DNA from: Eledone cirrhosa
Lineage: Eukaryota
Reading direction: 5' to 3'
Length of the DNA: 64,000 nucleotides
NCBI GenBank assembly: GCA_964016885.1
Contig: OZ024744.1
Location: 20,398,001 to 20,462,000, forward strand
The notes under the pieces were generated by a model. That model searched no databases, was not told the origin of the DNA, and saw only the letters and a list, made by a program, of their open reading frames with translations. A program made the position numbers and the translations under genes. Position 1 is the stretch's first letter. The number at the start of each line of letters is the position of its first letter. Of the stretch, positions 12,601-26,700 are shown one piece after another.

Positions 12601-15600
12601 TAATATAACATTCGTTTTAACAACAGTTGAATCTTAAGAACTGACTCGTTTTAACAACAGTTGTATCTTAAGACAAAACTCGTTTTAACAACAGTTGAAT
12701 ATTAAGAACTGACTCGTTTTAACAACAATTGAATCTTAAGATAAACCTCGTTTTAACAACAGTTCAGCCTTAAGAACTGACTCGTTTTAAAACAGTTGAA
12801 TCGTTAGAACTGACTCGTTTTAACAACAGTTGAATCTTAAAATAAAACTCGTTTTAACAATAGTTGAATCTCAAGAACTGACTCGTTTTAGCAACAGTTG
12901 AATCTTAAGATAACACTCGTTTTCATAACAGTTGAATCTTAAGAACTGTCTCGTTTTAACAACAGTTGAATCTTAAGATAAACCTCGTTTTAACAACAGT
13001 TGATTCTTAAGAACCGACTCGTTTCAACAACAGTTAAATCTAAATAACTGACTCGTTTTAACAACAGTTGAATGTTAAGATAAAACTCGTTTTAACAATA
13101 GTTGAATCTTAAGAACTGACTCGTTTTAACAACAGCTGAATCTTAAGATAAAACTCGTTTTAACAACTGTTGAATCTTAAGAACTGACTCGTTTTAACAA
13201 CAGCTGAATCTTAAGATAAAACTCGTTTTAACAACAGTTGAATCTTATGAACTAACTCATTTTAACAACAGTTGAATCTTAAGTTAAGACTCGTTTTAAC
13301 AACAGTTGAATCTTAAGAACTGACTCGTTTTAACGACAGCTGTATCTTAAGATAAAACTCGTTTTAACAACAGTTGAATCTTAAAGATAAAACTCGCTTT
13401 AACAACAGTTGAATCTTAAGAGCTGACTCGTTTCAACAACAGTTAAATCTAAATAACTGACTCGTTTTAACAACAGTTGAATGTTAAGATAAAACTCGTT
13501 TTAACAATAGTTGAATCTTAAGAACTGACTCGTTTTAACAACAGTTGAATCTTAAGATAAAACTCGTTTTAACAACTGTTGAATCTTAAGAACTGACTCG
13601 TTTTAACAACAGCTGAATCTTAAGATAAAACTCGTTTTAACAACAGTTGAATCTTAAGAAATGACTCGTTTTAACAACAGTTGAATCTTCAAATAAAACT
13701 CGTTTTAACAACAGTTGAATCTTAAGAACTGACTCGTTTTAACAACAGTTGAATGTTAAGATAAAACTCGTTATAACAATAGTTGAATCTTAAGAACTGG
13801 CTCGTTTTAACAACAGTTGAATCTTAAGATAAAACTCGTTTTAACAACAGTTGAATCTTAAGAACTGACTCGTTTTAACAACAGCTGAATCTTAAGATAA
13901 AACTCGTTTTAACAACAGTTGAATCCTAAGAACTGACTTGTTTTATCAACAGTTCAACCGTAAGAACTGACTCGTTTTAACAACAGTTGAATGTTCAAAT
14001 AAAACTCGTTTTAACAATAGTTGAATCTTAAGATAAAACTCGTTTTAACAACAGTTGAATCTTAAGAACTGACTCGTTTTAACAACAGCTGAATCTTAAT
14101 ATAAAACTCGTCTTAACAACAGGTCAAACTTAAGAAATGACTCGTTTTAACAACAGTTGAATCTTATGAACTGACTCATTTTAACAACAGTTGAATCTTA
14201 AGAACTGATTCGTTTTAACAACAGTTGAATCTTAAGATAAAACTCGTTTTAACAACAGTTGAATCTTATGAACTAACTCATTTTAACAACAGTTGAATCT
14301 TAAGTTAAGACTCGTTTTAACAACAGTTGAATCTTAAGAACTGACTCGTTTTAACGACAGCTGTATCTTAAAGATAAAACTCGCTTTAACAACAATTGAA
14401 TCTTAAGAACTGACTCGTTTTAACAACAGTTGAATCTTAAGACAAAACCCGTTTTAACAACAGTTGAATCTTAAGAACTGTCTCGTTTTAACAACAGTTG
14501 AATCTTAAGATAAACCTCGTTTTAACAACAGTTTAATCTTAAGAACTGACTCGTTTTAACAACAGTTGAATCTTAAGACAAAACTCGTTTTAACAACAGT
14601 TGAATCTTAAGAACTGACTTGTTCTAACAACAGTTCAGCCTTAAGAACTGACTCGTTTTAAAACAGTTGAATCGTTAGAACTGACTCGTTTTAACAACAG
14701 TTGAATCTTAAGATAAACCTCGTTTTAACAACAGTTGAATCTTAAGAACTGACTCGTTTTAACAACAGTTAAATCTTAATAACTGACTCGTTTTAAAAAC
14801 AGTTGAATGTTAAGATAAAACTCGTTTTAACAATAGTTGAATCTTAAGAACTGACTCGTTTTAACAACAGTTGAATCTTATGATAAAACTCGTTTTAACA
14901 ACTGTTGAATCTTAAGAACTTACTCGTTTTAACAACAGCTGAATCTTAAGATAAAACTCGTTTTAACAACAGTTGAATCTTAAGAACTGACTCGTTTTAA
15001 CAACAGTTGAGTCTTCAAATAAAACTCGTTTTAACAACAGTTGAATCTTAAGAACTGACTTGTTTTATCAACAGTTCAACCGTACGAACTGACTCGTTTT
15101 AACAACAGTTGAATCTTCAAACAAAACTCGTTTTAACAGCAGTTGAATCTTAAGAAATGACTCGTTTTAACAACAGTTGAATCTTAAGATAAAACTCGTT
15201 TTAACAACAGTTGAATCTTAAGAACTGACTTGTTTTATCAACAGTTCAACCGTAAGAACTGACTCGTTTTAACAACAGTTGAATGTTCAAATAAAACTCG
15301 TTTTAACAACAGTTGAATCTTAATAACTGACTCGTTTTAACAACAGTTGAATCTTAAGAACTGACTCGTTTTAACAACAGTTAAATCTTAATAACTGACT
15401 CGTTTTAACAACAGTTGAATCTTAAGAACTGACTCGTTTTAACAACAGTTGAATGTTAAGATAAAACTCGTTTTAACAATAGTTGAATCTTAAGAACTGA
15501 CTCGTTTTAACAACAGTTGAATCTTAAGATAAAACTCGTTTTAACAACAGTTGAATCTTAAGAACTGACTCGTTTTAACAACAGTTGAATCTTAAGATAA

Positions 15601-16710
15601 AACTCGTTTTAACAACAGTTGAATCTTAAGAACTGACTCGTTTTATCAACAGTTCAACCGTAAGAACTGATTCGTTTTAACAACAGTTGAATCTTCAAAT
15701 AAAACTCGTTTTAACAACAGTTGAATCTTAAGAACTGACTCGTTTTAACAACAGTTGAATCTTAAGAACTGACTCGTTTTAACAATAGTTGAATCTTATG
15801 AACTGACTCATTTTAACAACAGTTGAATCTTAATATAACATTCGTTTTAACAACAGTTGAATCTTAAGAACTGACTCGTTTTAACAACAGTTGAATCTTC
15901 AAATAAAACTCGATTTAACAACAGTTGAATCTTAAGAACTGACTCGTTTTAACAACTGTTGAATCTGAAGATAAAACTCGTCTTAACAACAGTTGAATCT
16001 TAAGAACTGACTCGTTTTATCAACAGTTCAACCTTAAGAACTAACTCGTTTTAACAACAGTTGAATCATCAAATCAAACTCGTTCTAACAACAGTTGAAT
16101 CTTAAGAACTGACTCGTTTTAACAACAGTTGAGTCTTAAGATAAAACTCGTTTTAAAAACAGTTGAATCTTAAGAACTGACTTGTTTTAACATCAGTTCA
16201 ACCTTAAGAGCTGACTCGTTTAACAACAGTTGAAAATTAAGAACTGACTCGTTTTAACAATAGTTGAATCTTAAGATAAAACTAGTTTTAACAACAGTTG
16301 AATCTTAAGAACTGACTCGTTTTAACAACAGTTGAATGTTAAGATAAAACTCGTTTTAACAATAGTTGAATCTTAAGAACAGACTCGTTTTAACAACAGT
16401 TGAATCTTAAGTTAAAACTCGTTTTAACAACAGTTGAATCTTAAGAACTGACTCGTTTTAACAACAGTTGAATCTTAAGATAAAACTCGTTTTAACAACA
16501 GTTGAATCTTAAGAACTGACTCGTTTTAACAACAGATGAATCTTAAGATAAAACTCGTTTTAACAACAGTTGAATCTTAAGAACTGACTTGTTTTATCAA
16601 CAGTTCAACCGTACGAACTGACTCGTTTTAACAACAGTTGAATCTTCAAATAAAACTCGTTTTAACAACAGTTGAATCTTAAGAAATGACTCGTTTTAAC
16701 AACAGTTGAA
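3690..16710. repeat. Higher-order repeat, period 4,759 bp (140 monomers minus 1 bp), about 2.7 tandem copies
   Basis: Marker CTCGATTT at 6391, 11150, 15909. Marker GAGCTGACTCGTTTC at 3902, 8661, 13420. Marker CAGGTCAAAC at 9361 and 14120 (and at 4568, one monomer out of register). These spacings are 4,759 bp. Boundaries are approximate. Confidence 0.92.
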
Positions 16711-16998
16711 TCTTAAGATAAAACTCGTTTTAACAACAGTTGAATCTTAAGAACTGACTCGTTTTAACAACAGTTGAATCTTAAGATAAAACTCGTTTTA
16801 ACAACAGTTGAATGTTTAAGAACTGACTTGTTTTATGAACAGTTCAACCGTAAGAACTAACTCGTTTTAACAACAGTTGAATGTTCAAATAAAACTCGTT
16901 TTAACAACAGTTGAATCTTAAGAACTGACTCGTTTTAACAACAGTTGAATCTTAAGAACTGACTCGTTTTAACAACAGTTAAATCTAAATAACTGACT

Positions 16999-17560
16999 CG
17001 TTTTAACAACAGTTGAATGTTAAGATAAAACTCGTTTTAACAACAGTTGAATCTTAAGAACTGACTCGTTTTAACAACAGCTGAATCTTAAGATAACATT
17101 CGTTTTAACAACAGTTGAATCTTAAGAACTGATTCTTTTTAACAACAGTTGAATCTTAAGATAAAACTCGTTTTAACAACAGTTGAATCTTAAGAACTGA
17201 CTCGTTTTAACAACAGCTGAATCTTAAGATAAAACTCGTTTTAACAACAGTTGAATCTTAAGAACTGACTCGTTTTATCAACAGTTCAACCTTAAGAACT
17301 GATTCCTTTTAACAACAGTTGAATCTTAAGAACTGACTCGTTTTAACAACAGTTGAATCTTAAGGACTGACTCGTTTTAACAACAGTTGAATCTTATGAA
17401 CTGACTCATTTTAACAACAATTGAATCTTAAGATAACATTCGTTTTAACAACAGTTGAATCTTAAGAACTGACTCGTTTTATCAACAGTTCAACCTTAAG
17501 AAGTAACTCGTTTTAACAACAGTTGAATCATCAAATCAAACTCGTTCTAACAACAGTTGA
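16999..17560. repeat. Copy of the window-start block (about 1-560) at offset 16,998 bp
   Basis: AAGGACTGAC at 364 and 17362, with the same ordered variants GATTCTTTTT, GATTCCTTTT, AAGAAGTAACT and AATCATCAAATC. Confidence 0.85.
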
Positions 17561-17599
17561 ATCTTAAGAGAAAACTAGTTTTAACAACAGTTGAATCTT

Positions 17600-18860
17600 A
17601 AGAACTGACTCGTTTTAAAACAGTTGAATTGTTAGAACTGACTCGTTTTAACAACAGTTGAATCTTAAGATAAACCTTGTTTTAACAACAGTTGAATCTT
17701 AAGAACTGACTCGTTTTAACAACAGTTAAATCTTAATAACTGACTCGTTTTAACAACAGTTGAATGTTAAGATAAAACTCGTTTTAACAATAGTTGAATC
17801 TTAAGAACTGACTCGTTTTAACAACAGTTGAATCTTAAGATAAAACTCGTTTTAACAACAGTTGAATCTTAAGAACTGACTCGTTTTAACAACAGTTGAA
17901 TCTTCAAATAAAACTCGTTTTAACAACAGTTGAATCTTAAGAACTGACTCGTTTTAACAACAGTTGAATGTTAAGATAAAACTCGTTTTAACAATAGTTG
18001 AATCTTAAGAACTGACTCGTTTTAACAACAGTTGAATGTTAAGATAAAACTCGTTTTAACAATAGTTGAATCTTAAGAACTGACTCGTTTTAACAACAGT
18101 TGAATCTTATGATAAAACTCGTTTTAACAACTGTTGAATCTTAAGAACTGACTCGTTTTAACAACAGTTGAATCTTAAGATAAAACTCGTTTTACCAACT
18201 GTTGAATCTTAAGAACTGACTCTTTTTAACAACAGTTGAATCTTAAGACAAAACTCGTTTTAACAACAGTTGAATCTTAAGAACTGACTTGTTCTAACAA
18301 CAGTTCAGCCTTAAGAACTGACTCGTTTTAAAACAGTTGAATTGTTAGAACTGACTCGTTTTAACAACAGTTGAATCTTAAGATAAACCTTGTTTTAACA
18401 ACAGTTGAATCTTAAGAACTGACTCGTTTTAACAACAGTTAAATCTTAATAACTGACTCGTTTTAACAACAGTTGAATGTTAAGATAAAACTCGTTTTAA
18501 CAATAGTTGAATCTTAAGAACTGACTCGTTTTAACAACAGTTGAATCTTAAGATAAAACTCGTTTTAACAACAGTTGAATCTTAAGAACTGACTCGTTTT
18601 AACAACAGTTGAATCTTCAAATAAAACTCGTTTTAACAACAGTTGAATCTTAAGAACTGACTCGTTTTAACAACAGTTGAATGTTAAGATAAAACTCGTT
18701 TTAACAATAGTTGAATCTTAAGAACTGACTCGTTTTAACAACAGTTGAATGTTAAGATAAAACTCGTTTTAACAATAGTTGAATCTTAAGAACTGACTCG
18801 TTTTAACAACAGTTGAATCTTATGATGAAACTCGTTTTAACAACTGTTGAATCTTAAGAA
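17600..18860. repeat. Local tandem duplication, offset about 713 bp (21 monomers)
   Basis: GAATTGTTAG at 17626 and 18339, each followed by AAACCTTGTT, GTTAAATCTTAAT, CTTCAAAT, two AATGTTAAG/AATAG pairs and CTTATGAT. Confidence 0.75.
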
Positions 18861-20440
18861 CTGACTTGTTTTATCAACAGTTCAACCGTACGAACTGACT
18901 CGTTTTAACAACAGTTGAATCTTCAAACAAAACTCGTTTTAACAGCAGTTGAATCTTAAGAAATGACTCGTTTTAACAACAGTTGAATCTTAAGATAAAA
19001 CTCGTTTTAACAACAGTTGAATCTTAAGAACTGACTTGTTTTATCAACAGTTCAACCGTAAGAACTGACTCGTTTTAACAACAGTTGAATGTTCAAATAA
19101 AACTCGTTTTAACAACAGTTGAATCTTAATAACTGACTCGTTTTAACAACAGTTGAATCTTAAGAACTGACTCGTTTTAACAACAGTTAAATCTTAATAA
19201 CTGACTCGTTTTAACAACAGTTGAATCTTAAGAACTGACTCGTTTTAACAACAGTTGAATGTTAAGATAAAACTCGTTTTAACAATAGTTGAATCTTAAG
19301 AACTGACTCGTTTTAACAACAGTTGAATCTTAAGATAAAACTCGTTTTAACAACAGTTGAATCTTAAGAACTGACTCGTTTTAACAACAGTTGAATCTTA
19401 AGATAAAACTCGTTTTAACAACAGTTGAATCTTAAGAACTGACTCGTTTTATCAACAGTTCAACCGTAAGAACTGATTCGTTTTAACAACAGTTGAATCT
19501 TCAAATAAAACTCGTTTTAACAACAGTTGAATCTTAAGAACTGACTCGTTTTAACAACAGTTGAATCTTAAGAACTGACTCGTTTTAACAATAGTTGAAT
19601 CTTATGAACTGACTCATTTTAACAACAGTTGAATCTTAATATAACATTCGTTTTAACAACAGTTGAATCTTAAGAACTGACTCGTTTTAACAACAGTTGA
19701 ATCTTCAAATAAAACTCGATTTAACAACAGTTGAATCTTAAGAACTGACTCGTTTTAACAACTGTTGAATCTGAAGATAAAACTCGTCTTAACAACAGTT
19801 GAATCTTAAGAACTGACTCGTTTTATCAACAGTTCAACCTTAAGAACTAACTCGTTTTAACAACAGTTGAATCATCAAATCAAACTCGTTCTAACAACAG
19901 TTGAATCTTAAGAACTGACTCGTTTTAACAACAGTTGAGTCTTAAGATAAAACTCGTTTTAAAAACAGTTGAATCTTAAGAACTGACTTGTTTTAACATC
20001 AGTTCAACCTTAAGAGCTGACTCGTTTAACAACAGTTGAAAATTAAGAACTGACTCGTTTTAACAATAGTTGAATCTTAAGATAAAACTAGTTTTAACAA
20101 CAGTTGAATCTTAAGAACTGACTCGTTTTAACAACAGTTGAATGTTAAGATAAAACTCGTTTTAACAATAGTTGAATCTTAAGAACTGACTCGTTTTAAC
20201 AACAGTTGAATCTTAAGTTAAAACTCGTTTTAACAACAGTTGAATCTTAAGAACTGACTCGTTTTAACAACAGTTGAATCTTAAGATAAAACTCGTTTTA
20301 ACAACAGTTGAATCTTAAGAACTGACTCGTTTTAACAACAGATGAATCTTAAGATAAAACTCGTTTTAACAACAGTTGAATCTTAAGAACTGACTTGTTT
20401 TATCAACAGTTCAACCGTACGAACTGACTCGTTTTAACAA
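18860..20440. repeat. Fourth, partial copy of the 4,759-bp HOR (matches about 15055-16635, offset 3,806 bp)
   Basis: CGTACGAAC followed by CTTCAAACAAAAC at 15081 and 18887. CTCGATTT at 15909 and 19715. Confidence 0.85.
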
Positions 20441-20469
20441 CAGTTGAATGTTCAAATAAAACTCGTTTT

Positions 20470-23400
20470 AACAACAGTTGAATCTTAAGAACTGACTCGT
20501 TTTAACAACAGTTGAATCTTAAGAACTGACTCGTTTTAACAACAGTTAAATCTAAATAACTGACTCGTTTTAACAACAGTTGAATGTTAAGATAAAACTC
20601 GTTTTAACAACAGTTGAATCTTAAGAACTGACTCGTTTTAACAACAGCTGAATCTTAAGATAACATTCGTTTTAACAACAGTTGAATCTTAAGAACTGAT
20701 TCTTTTTAACAACAGTTGAATCTTAAGATAAAACTCGTTTTAACAACAGTTGAATCTTAAGAACTGACTCGTTTTATCAACAGTTCAACCTTAAGAACTG
20801 ATTCCTTTTAACAACAGTTGAATCTTAAGAACTGACTCGTTTTAACAACAGTTGAATCTTAAGGACTGACTCGTTTTAACAACAGTTGAATCTTATGAAC
20901 TGACTCATTTTAACAACAATTGAATCTTAAGATAACATTCGTTTTAACAACAGTTGAATCTTAAGAACTGACTCGTTTTATCAACAGTTCAACCTTAAGA
21001 AGTAACTCGTTTTAACAACAGTTGAATCATCAAATCAAACTCGTTCTAACAACAGTTGAATCTTAAGAGAAAACTAGTTTTAACAACAGTTGAATCTTAA
21101 GAACTGACTCGTTTTAACAACAGTTGAATGTTAAGATAAAACTCGTTTTAACAATAGTTGAATCTTAAGAACTGACTCGTTTTAACAACAGTTGAATCTT
21201 AAGATAAAACTCGTTTTACCAACTGTTGAATCTTAAGAACTGACTCTTTTTAACAACAGTTGAATCTTAAGACAAAACTCGTTTTAACAACAGTTGAATC
21301 TTAAGAACTGACTTGTTCTAACAACAGTTCAGCCTTAAGAACTGACTAGTTTTAAAACAGTTGAATTGTTAGAACTGACTCGTTTTAACAACAGTTGAAT
21401 CTTAAGATAAACCTTGTTTTAACAACAGTTGAATCTTAAGAACTGACTCGTTTTAACAACAGTTAAATCTTAATAACTGACTCGTTTTAACAACAGTTGA
21501 ATGTTAAGATAAAACTCGTTTTAACAATAGTTGAATCTTAAGAACTGACTCGTTTTAACAACAGTTGAATCTTAAGATAAAACTCGTTTTAACAACAGTT
21601 GAATCTTAAGAACTGACTCGTTTTAACAACAGTTGAATCTTCAAATAAAACTCGTTTTAACAACAGTTGAATCTTAAGAACTGACTCGTTTTAACAACAG
21701 TTGAATGTTAAGATAAAACTCGTTTTAACAATAGTTGAATCTTAAGAACTGACTCGTTTTAACAACAGTTGAATGTTAAGATAAAACTCGTTTTAACAAC
21801 AGTTGAATCTTAAGAACTGACTCGTTTTAACAACAGCTGAATCTTAAGATAAAACTCGTTTTAACAACAGTTCAAACTTAAGAACTGACTCGTTTTAACA
21901 AAAGTTGAATCTTATGAACTCATTCATTTTAACAACAGTTGAATCTTAAGATAACATTCGTTTTAACAACAGTTGAATCTTAAGAACAGACTCGTTTTAA
22001 CAACAGTTGAATCTTAAAGATAAAACTCGTTTCAACAACAGTTGAATCTTAAAGATAAAACTCGTTTCAACAACAGTTGAATCTTAAGAACTGACTCGTT
22101 TTAACAACAGTTGAATCTTAAGAACTGACTCGTTTTAACAACAGTTAAATCTAAATAACTGACTCGTTTTAACAACAGTTGAATGTTAAGATAAAACTCG
22201 TTTTAACAACAGTTGAATCTTAAGAACTGACTCGTTTTAACAACAGCTGAATCTTAAGATAACATTCGTTTTAACAACAGTTGAATCTTAAGAACTGATT
22301 CTTTTTAACAACAGTTGAATCTTAAGATAAAACTCGTTTTAACAACAGTTGAATCTTAAGAACTGACTCGTTTTAACAACAGCTGAATCTTAAGATAAAA
22401 CTCGTTTTAACAACAGTTGAATCTTAAGAACTGACTCGTTTTATCAACAGTTCAACCTTAAGAACTGATTCCTTTTAACAACAGTTGAATCTTAAGAACT
22501 GACTCGTTTTAACAACAGTTGAATCTTAAGGACTGACTCGTTTTAACAACAGTTGAATCTTATGAACTGACTCATTTTAACAACAATTGAATCTTAAGAT
22601 AACATTCGTTTTAACAACAGTTGAATCTTAAGAACTGACTCGTTTTATCAACAGTTCAACCTTAAGAAGTAACTCGTTTTAACAACAGTTGAATCATCAA
22701 ATCAAACTCGTTCTAACAACAGTTGAATCTTAAGAGAAAACTAGTTTTAACAACAGTTGAATCTTAAGAACTGACTCGTTTTAACAACAGTTGAATGTTA
22801 AGATAAAACTCGTTTTAACAATAGTTGAATCTTAAGAACTGACTCGTTTTAACAACAGTTGAATCTTAAGATAAAACTCGTTTTACCAACTGTTGAATCT
22901 TAAGAACTGACTCTTTTTAACAACAGTTGAATCTTAAGACAAAACTCGTTTTAACAACAGTTGAATGTTAAGAACTGACTTGTTCTAACAACAGTTCAGC
23001 CTTAAGAACTGACTCGTTTTAAAACAGTTGAATTGTTAGAACTGACTCGTTTTAACAACAGTTGAATCTTAAGATAAACCTTGTTTTAACAACAGTTGAA
23101 TCTTAAGAACTGACTCGTTTTAACAACAGTTAAATCTTAATAACTGACTCGTTTTAACAACAGTTGAATGTTAAGATAAAACTCGTTTTAACAATAGTTG
23201 AATCTTAAGAACTGACTCGTTTTAACAACAGTTGAATCTTAAGATAAAACTCGTTTTAACAACAGTTGAATCTTAAGAACTGACTCGTTTTAACAACAGT
23301 TGAATCTTCAAATAAAACTCGTTTTAACAACAGTTGAATCTTAAGAACTGACTCGTTTTAACAACAGTTGAATGTTAAGATAAAACTCGTTTTAACAATA

Positions 23401-23790
23401 GTTGAATCTTAAGAACTGACTCGTTTTAACAACAGTTGAATGTTAAGATAAAACTCGTTTTAACAACAGTTGAATGTTAAGATAAAACTCGTTTTAACAA
23501 CAGTTGAATCTTAAGAACTGACTCGTTTTAACAACAGCTGAATCTTAAGATAAAATTCGTTTTAACAACAGTTCAAACTTAAGAACTGACTCGTTTTAAC
23601 AAAAGTTGAATCTTATGAACTCATTCATTTTAACAACAGTTGAATCTTAAGATAACATTCGTTTTAACAACAGTTGAATCTTAAGAACAGACTCGTTTTA
23701 ACAACAGTTGAATCTTAAAGATAAAACTCGTTTCAACAACAGTTGAATCTTAAAGATAAAACTCGTTTCAACAACAGTTGAATCTTAAGA
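20470..23790. repeat. Tandem duplication, period about 1,667 bp (49 monomers), 2 copies
   Basis: AAGGACTGAC at 20861 and 22528. GAATTGTTAG at 21363 and 23030. The paired 35-mers TAAAGATAAAACTCGTTTC occur near 22015 and 23716. Confidence 0.88.
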
Positions 23791-26700
23791 ACTGACCCGT
23801 TTTAACAACAGCTGAATCTTAAGATAAAACTCGTTTTAACAACAGTTGAATCTTAAGATAAAACTCGTTTTAACAACAGTTGAATCTTAAGAACTGACTC
23901 GTTTTAACGACAGCTGAATCTTAACATAAAACTCGTTTTAACAACAGTTCAAACTTAAGAAATGACTCGTTTTAACAACAGTTGAATCTTATGAACTGAC
24001 TCATTTTAACAAAAGTTGAATCTTAAGAACTGATTCGTTTTAACAACAGTTGAATCTTAAGATAAAACTCGTTTTAACAACAGTTGAATGTTAAGAACTG
24101 ACTCGTTTTAACCACAGCTGAATCTTAAGATAAAACTCGTTTTAATAACAGTTGAATCTTAAGAACTGACTCGTTTTAACAACAGCTGCATCTTAAGATA
24201 AAACTCGTTTTAACAACAGTTGAATCTTAAAGATAAAACTCGCTTTAACAACAGTTGAATCTTAAGAACTGACTCGTTTTAACAACAGTTGAATCTTAAG
24301 ATAAACCTCGTTTTAACAACAGTTTAATCTTAAGAACTGACTCGTTTTAACAACAGTTGAATCTTAAGACAAAACTCGTTTTAACAACAGTTGAATCTTA
24401 AGAACTGACTCGTTTTAACAACAATTGAATCTTAAGATAAACCTCGTTTTAACAACAGTTCAGCCTTAAGAACTGACTCGTTTTAAAACAGTTGAATCGT
24501 TAGAACTGACTCGTTTTAACAACAGCTGCATCTTAAGATAAAACTCGTTTGAACAACAGTTGAATCTTATGAACTAACTAATTTTTACAACAGTTGAATC
24601 TTAAGTTAAGACTCGTTTTAACAACAGTTGAATCTTAAGAACTGACTCGTTTTAACAACAGCTGCATCTTAAGATAAAACTCGTTTTAACAACAGTTGAA
24701 TCTTAAAGATAAAACTCGTTTCAACAACAGTTAAATCTAAATAACTGACTCGTTTTAACAACAGTTGAATGTTAAGATAAAACTCGTTTTAACAATAGTT
24801 GAATCTTAAGAACTGACTCGTTTTAACAACAGTTGAATCTTAAGATAAAACTCGTTTTAACAACTGTTGAATCTTAAGAACTGACTCGTTTTAACAACAG
24901 CTGAATCTTAAGATAAATCTCATTTTAACAACAGTTGAATCTTAAGAAATGACTCGTTTTAACAACAGTTGAATCTTCAAATAAAACTCGTTTTAACAAC
25001 AGTTGAATCTTAAGAACTGACTCGTTTTAACAACAGTTGAATCTTAAGATAAAACTCGTTTTAACAACAGTTGAATCCTAAGAACTGACTTGTTTTATCA
25101 ACAGTTGAATGTTCAAATAAAACTCGTTTTAACAACAGTTGAATCTTAAGATAAAACTCGTTTTAACAACAGTTGAATCTTAAGAACTGACTCGTTTTAA
25201 CAACAGCTGAATCTTAAGATAAAACTCGTTTTAACAACAGTTCAAACTTAAGAAATGACTCGTTTTAACAACAGTTGAATCTTATGAACTGACTCATTTT
25301 AACAACAGTTGAATCTTAAGAACTGATTCGTTTTAACAACAGTTGAATCTTAAGATAAAACTCGTTTTAACAACAGTTGAATCTTATGAACTAACTCATT
25401 TTAACAACAGTTGAATCTTAAGTTAAGACTCGTTTTAACAACAGTTGAATCTTAAGAACTGACTCGTTTTAACGACAGCTGTATCTTAAGATAAAACTCG
25501 CTTTAACAACAGTTGAATCTTAAGAGCTGACTCGTTTCAACAACAGTTAAATCTAAATAACTGACTCGTTTTAACAACAGTTGAATGTTAAGATAAAACT
25601 CGTTTTAACAATAGTTGAATCTTAAGAACTGACTCGTTTTAACAACAGTTGAATCTTAAGATAAAACTCGTTTTAACAACTGTTGAATCTTAAGAACTGA
25701 CTCGTTTTAACAACAGCTGAATCTTAAGATAAAACTCGTTTTAACAACAGTTGAATCTTAAGAAATGACTCGTTTTAACAACAGTTGAATCTTCAAATAA
25801 AACTCGTTTTAACAACAGTTGAATCTTAAGAACTGACTCGTTTTAACAACAGTTGAATGTTAAGATAAAACTCGTTATAACAATAGTTGAATCTTAAGAA
25901 CTGGCTCGTTTTAACAACAGTTGAATCTTAAGATAAAACTCGTTTTAACAACAGTTGAATCTTAAGAACTGACTCGTTTTAACAACAGCTGAATCTTAAG
26001 ATAAAACTCGTTTTAACAACAGTTGAATCCTAAGAACTGACTTGTTTTATCAACAGTTCAACCGTAAGAACTGACTCGTTTTAACAACAGTTGAATGTTC
26101 AAATAAAACTCGTTTTAACAACAGTTGAATCTTAAGATAAAACTCGTTTTAACAACAGTTGAATCTTAAGAACTGACTCGTTTTAACAACAGCTGAATCT
26201 TAATATAAAACTCGTCTTAACAACAGGTCAAACTTAAGAAATGACTCGTTTTAACAACAGTTGAATCTTATGAACTGACTCATTTTAACAACAGTTGAAT
26301 CTTAAGAACTGATTCGTTTTAACAACAGTTGAATCTTAAGATAAAACTCGTTTTAACAACAGTTGAATCTTATGAACTAACTCATTTTAACAACAGTTGA
26401 ATCTTAAGTTAAGACTCGTTTTAACAACAGTTGAATCTTAAGAACTGACTCGTTTTAACGACAGCTGTATCTTAAGATAAAACTCGTTTTAACAACAGTT
26501 GAATCTTAAAGATAAAACTCGCTTTAACAACAATTGAATCTTAAGAACTGACTCGTTTTAACAACAGTTGAATCTTAAGACAAAACCCGTTTTAACAACA
26601 GTTGAATCTTAAGATAAACCTCGTTTTAACAACAGTTTAATCTTAAGAACTGACTCGTTTTAACAACAGTTGAATCTTAAGACAAAACTCGTTTTAACAA

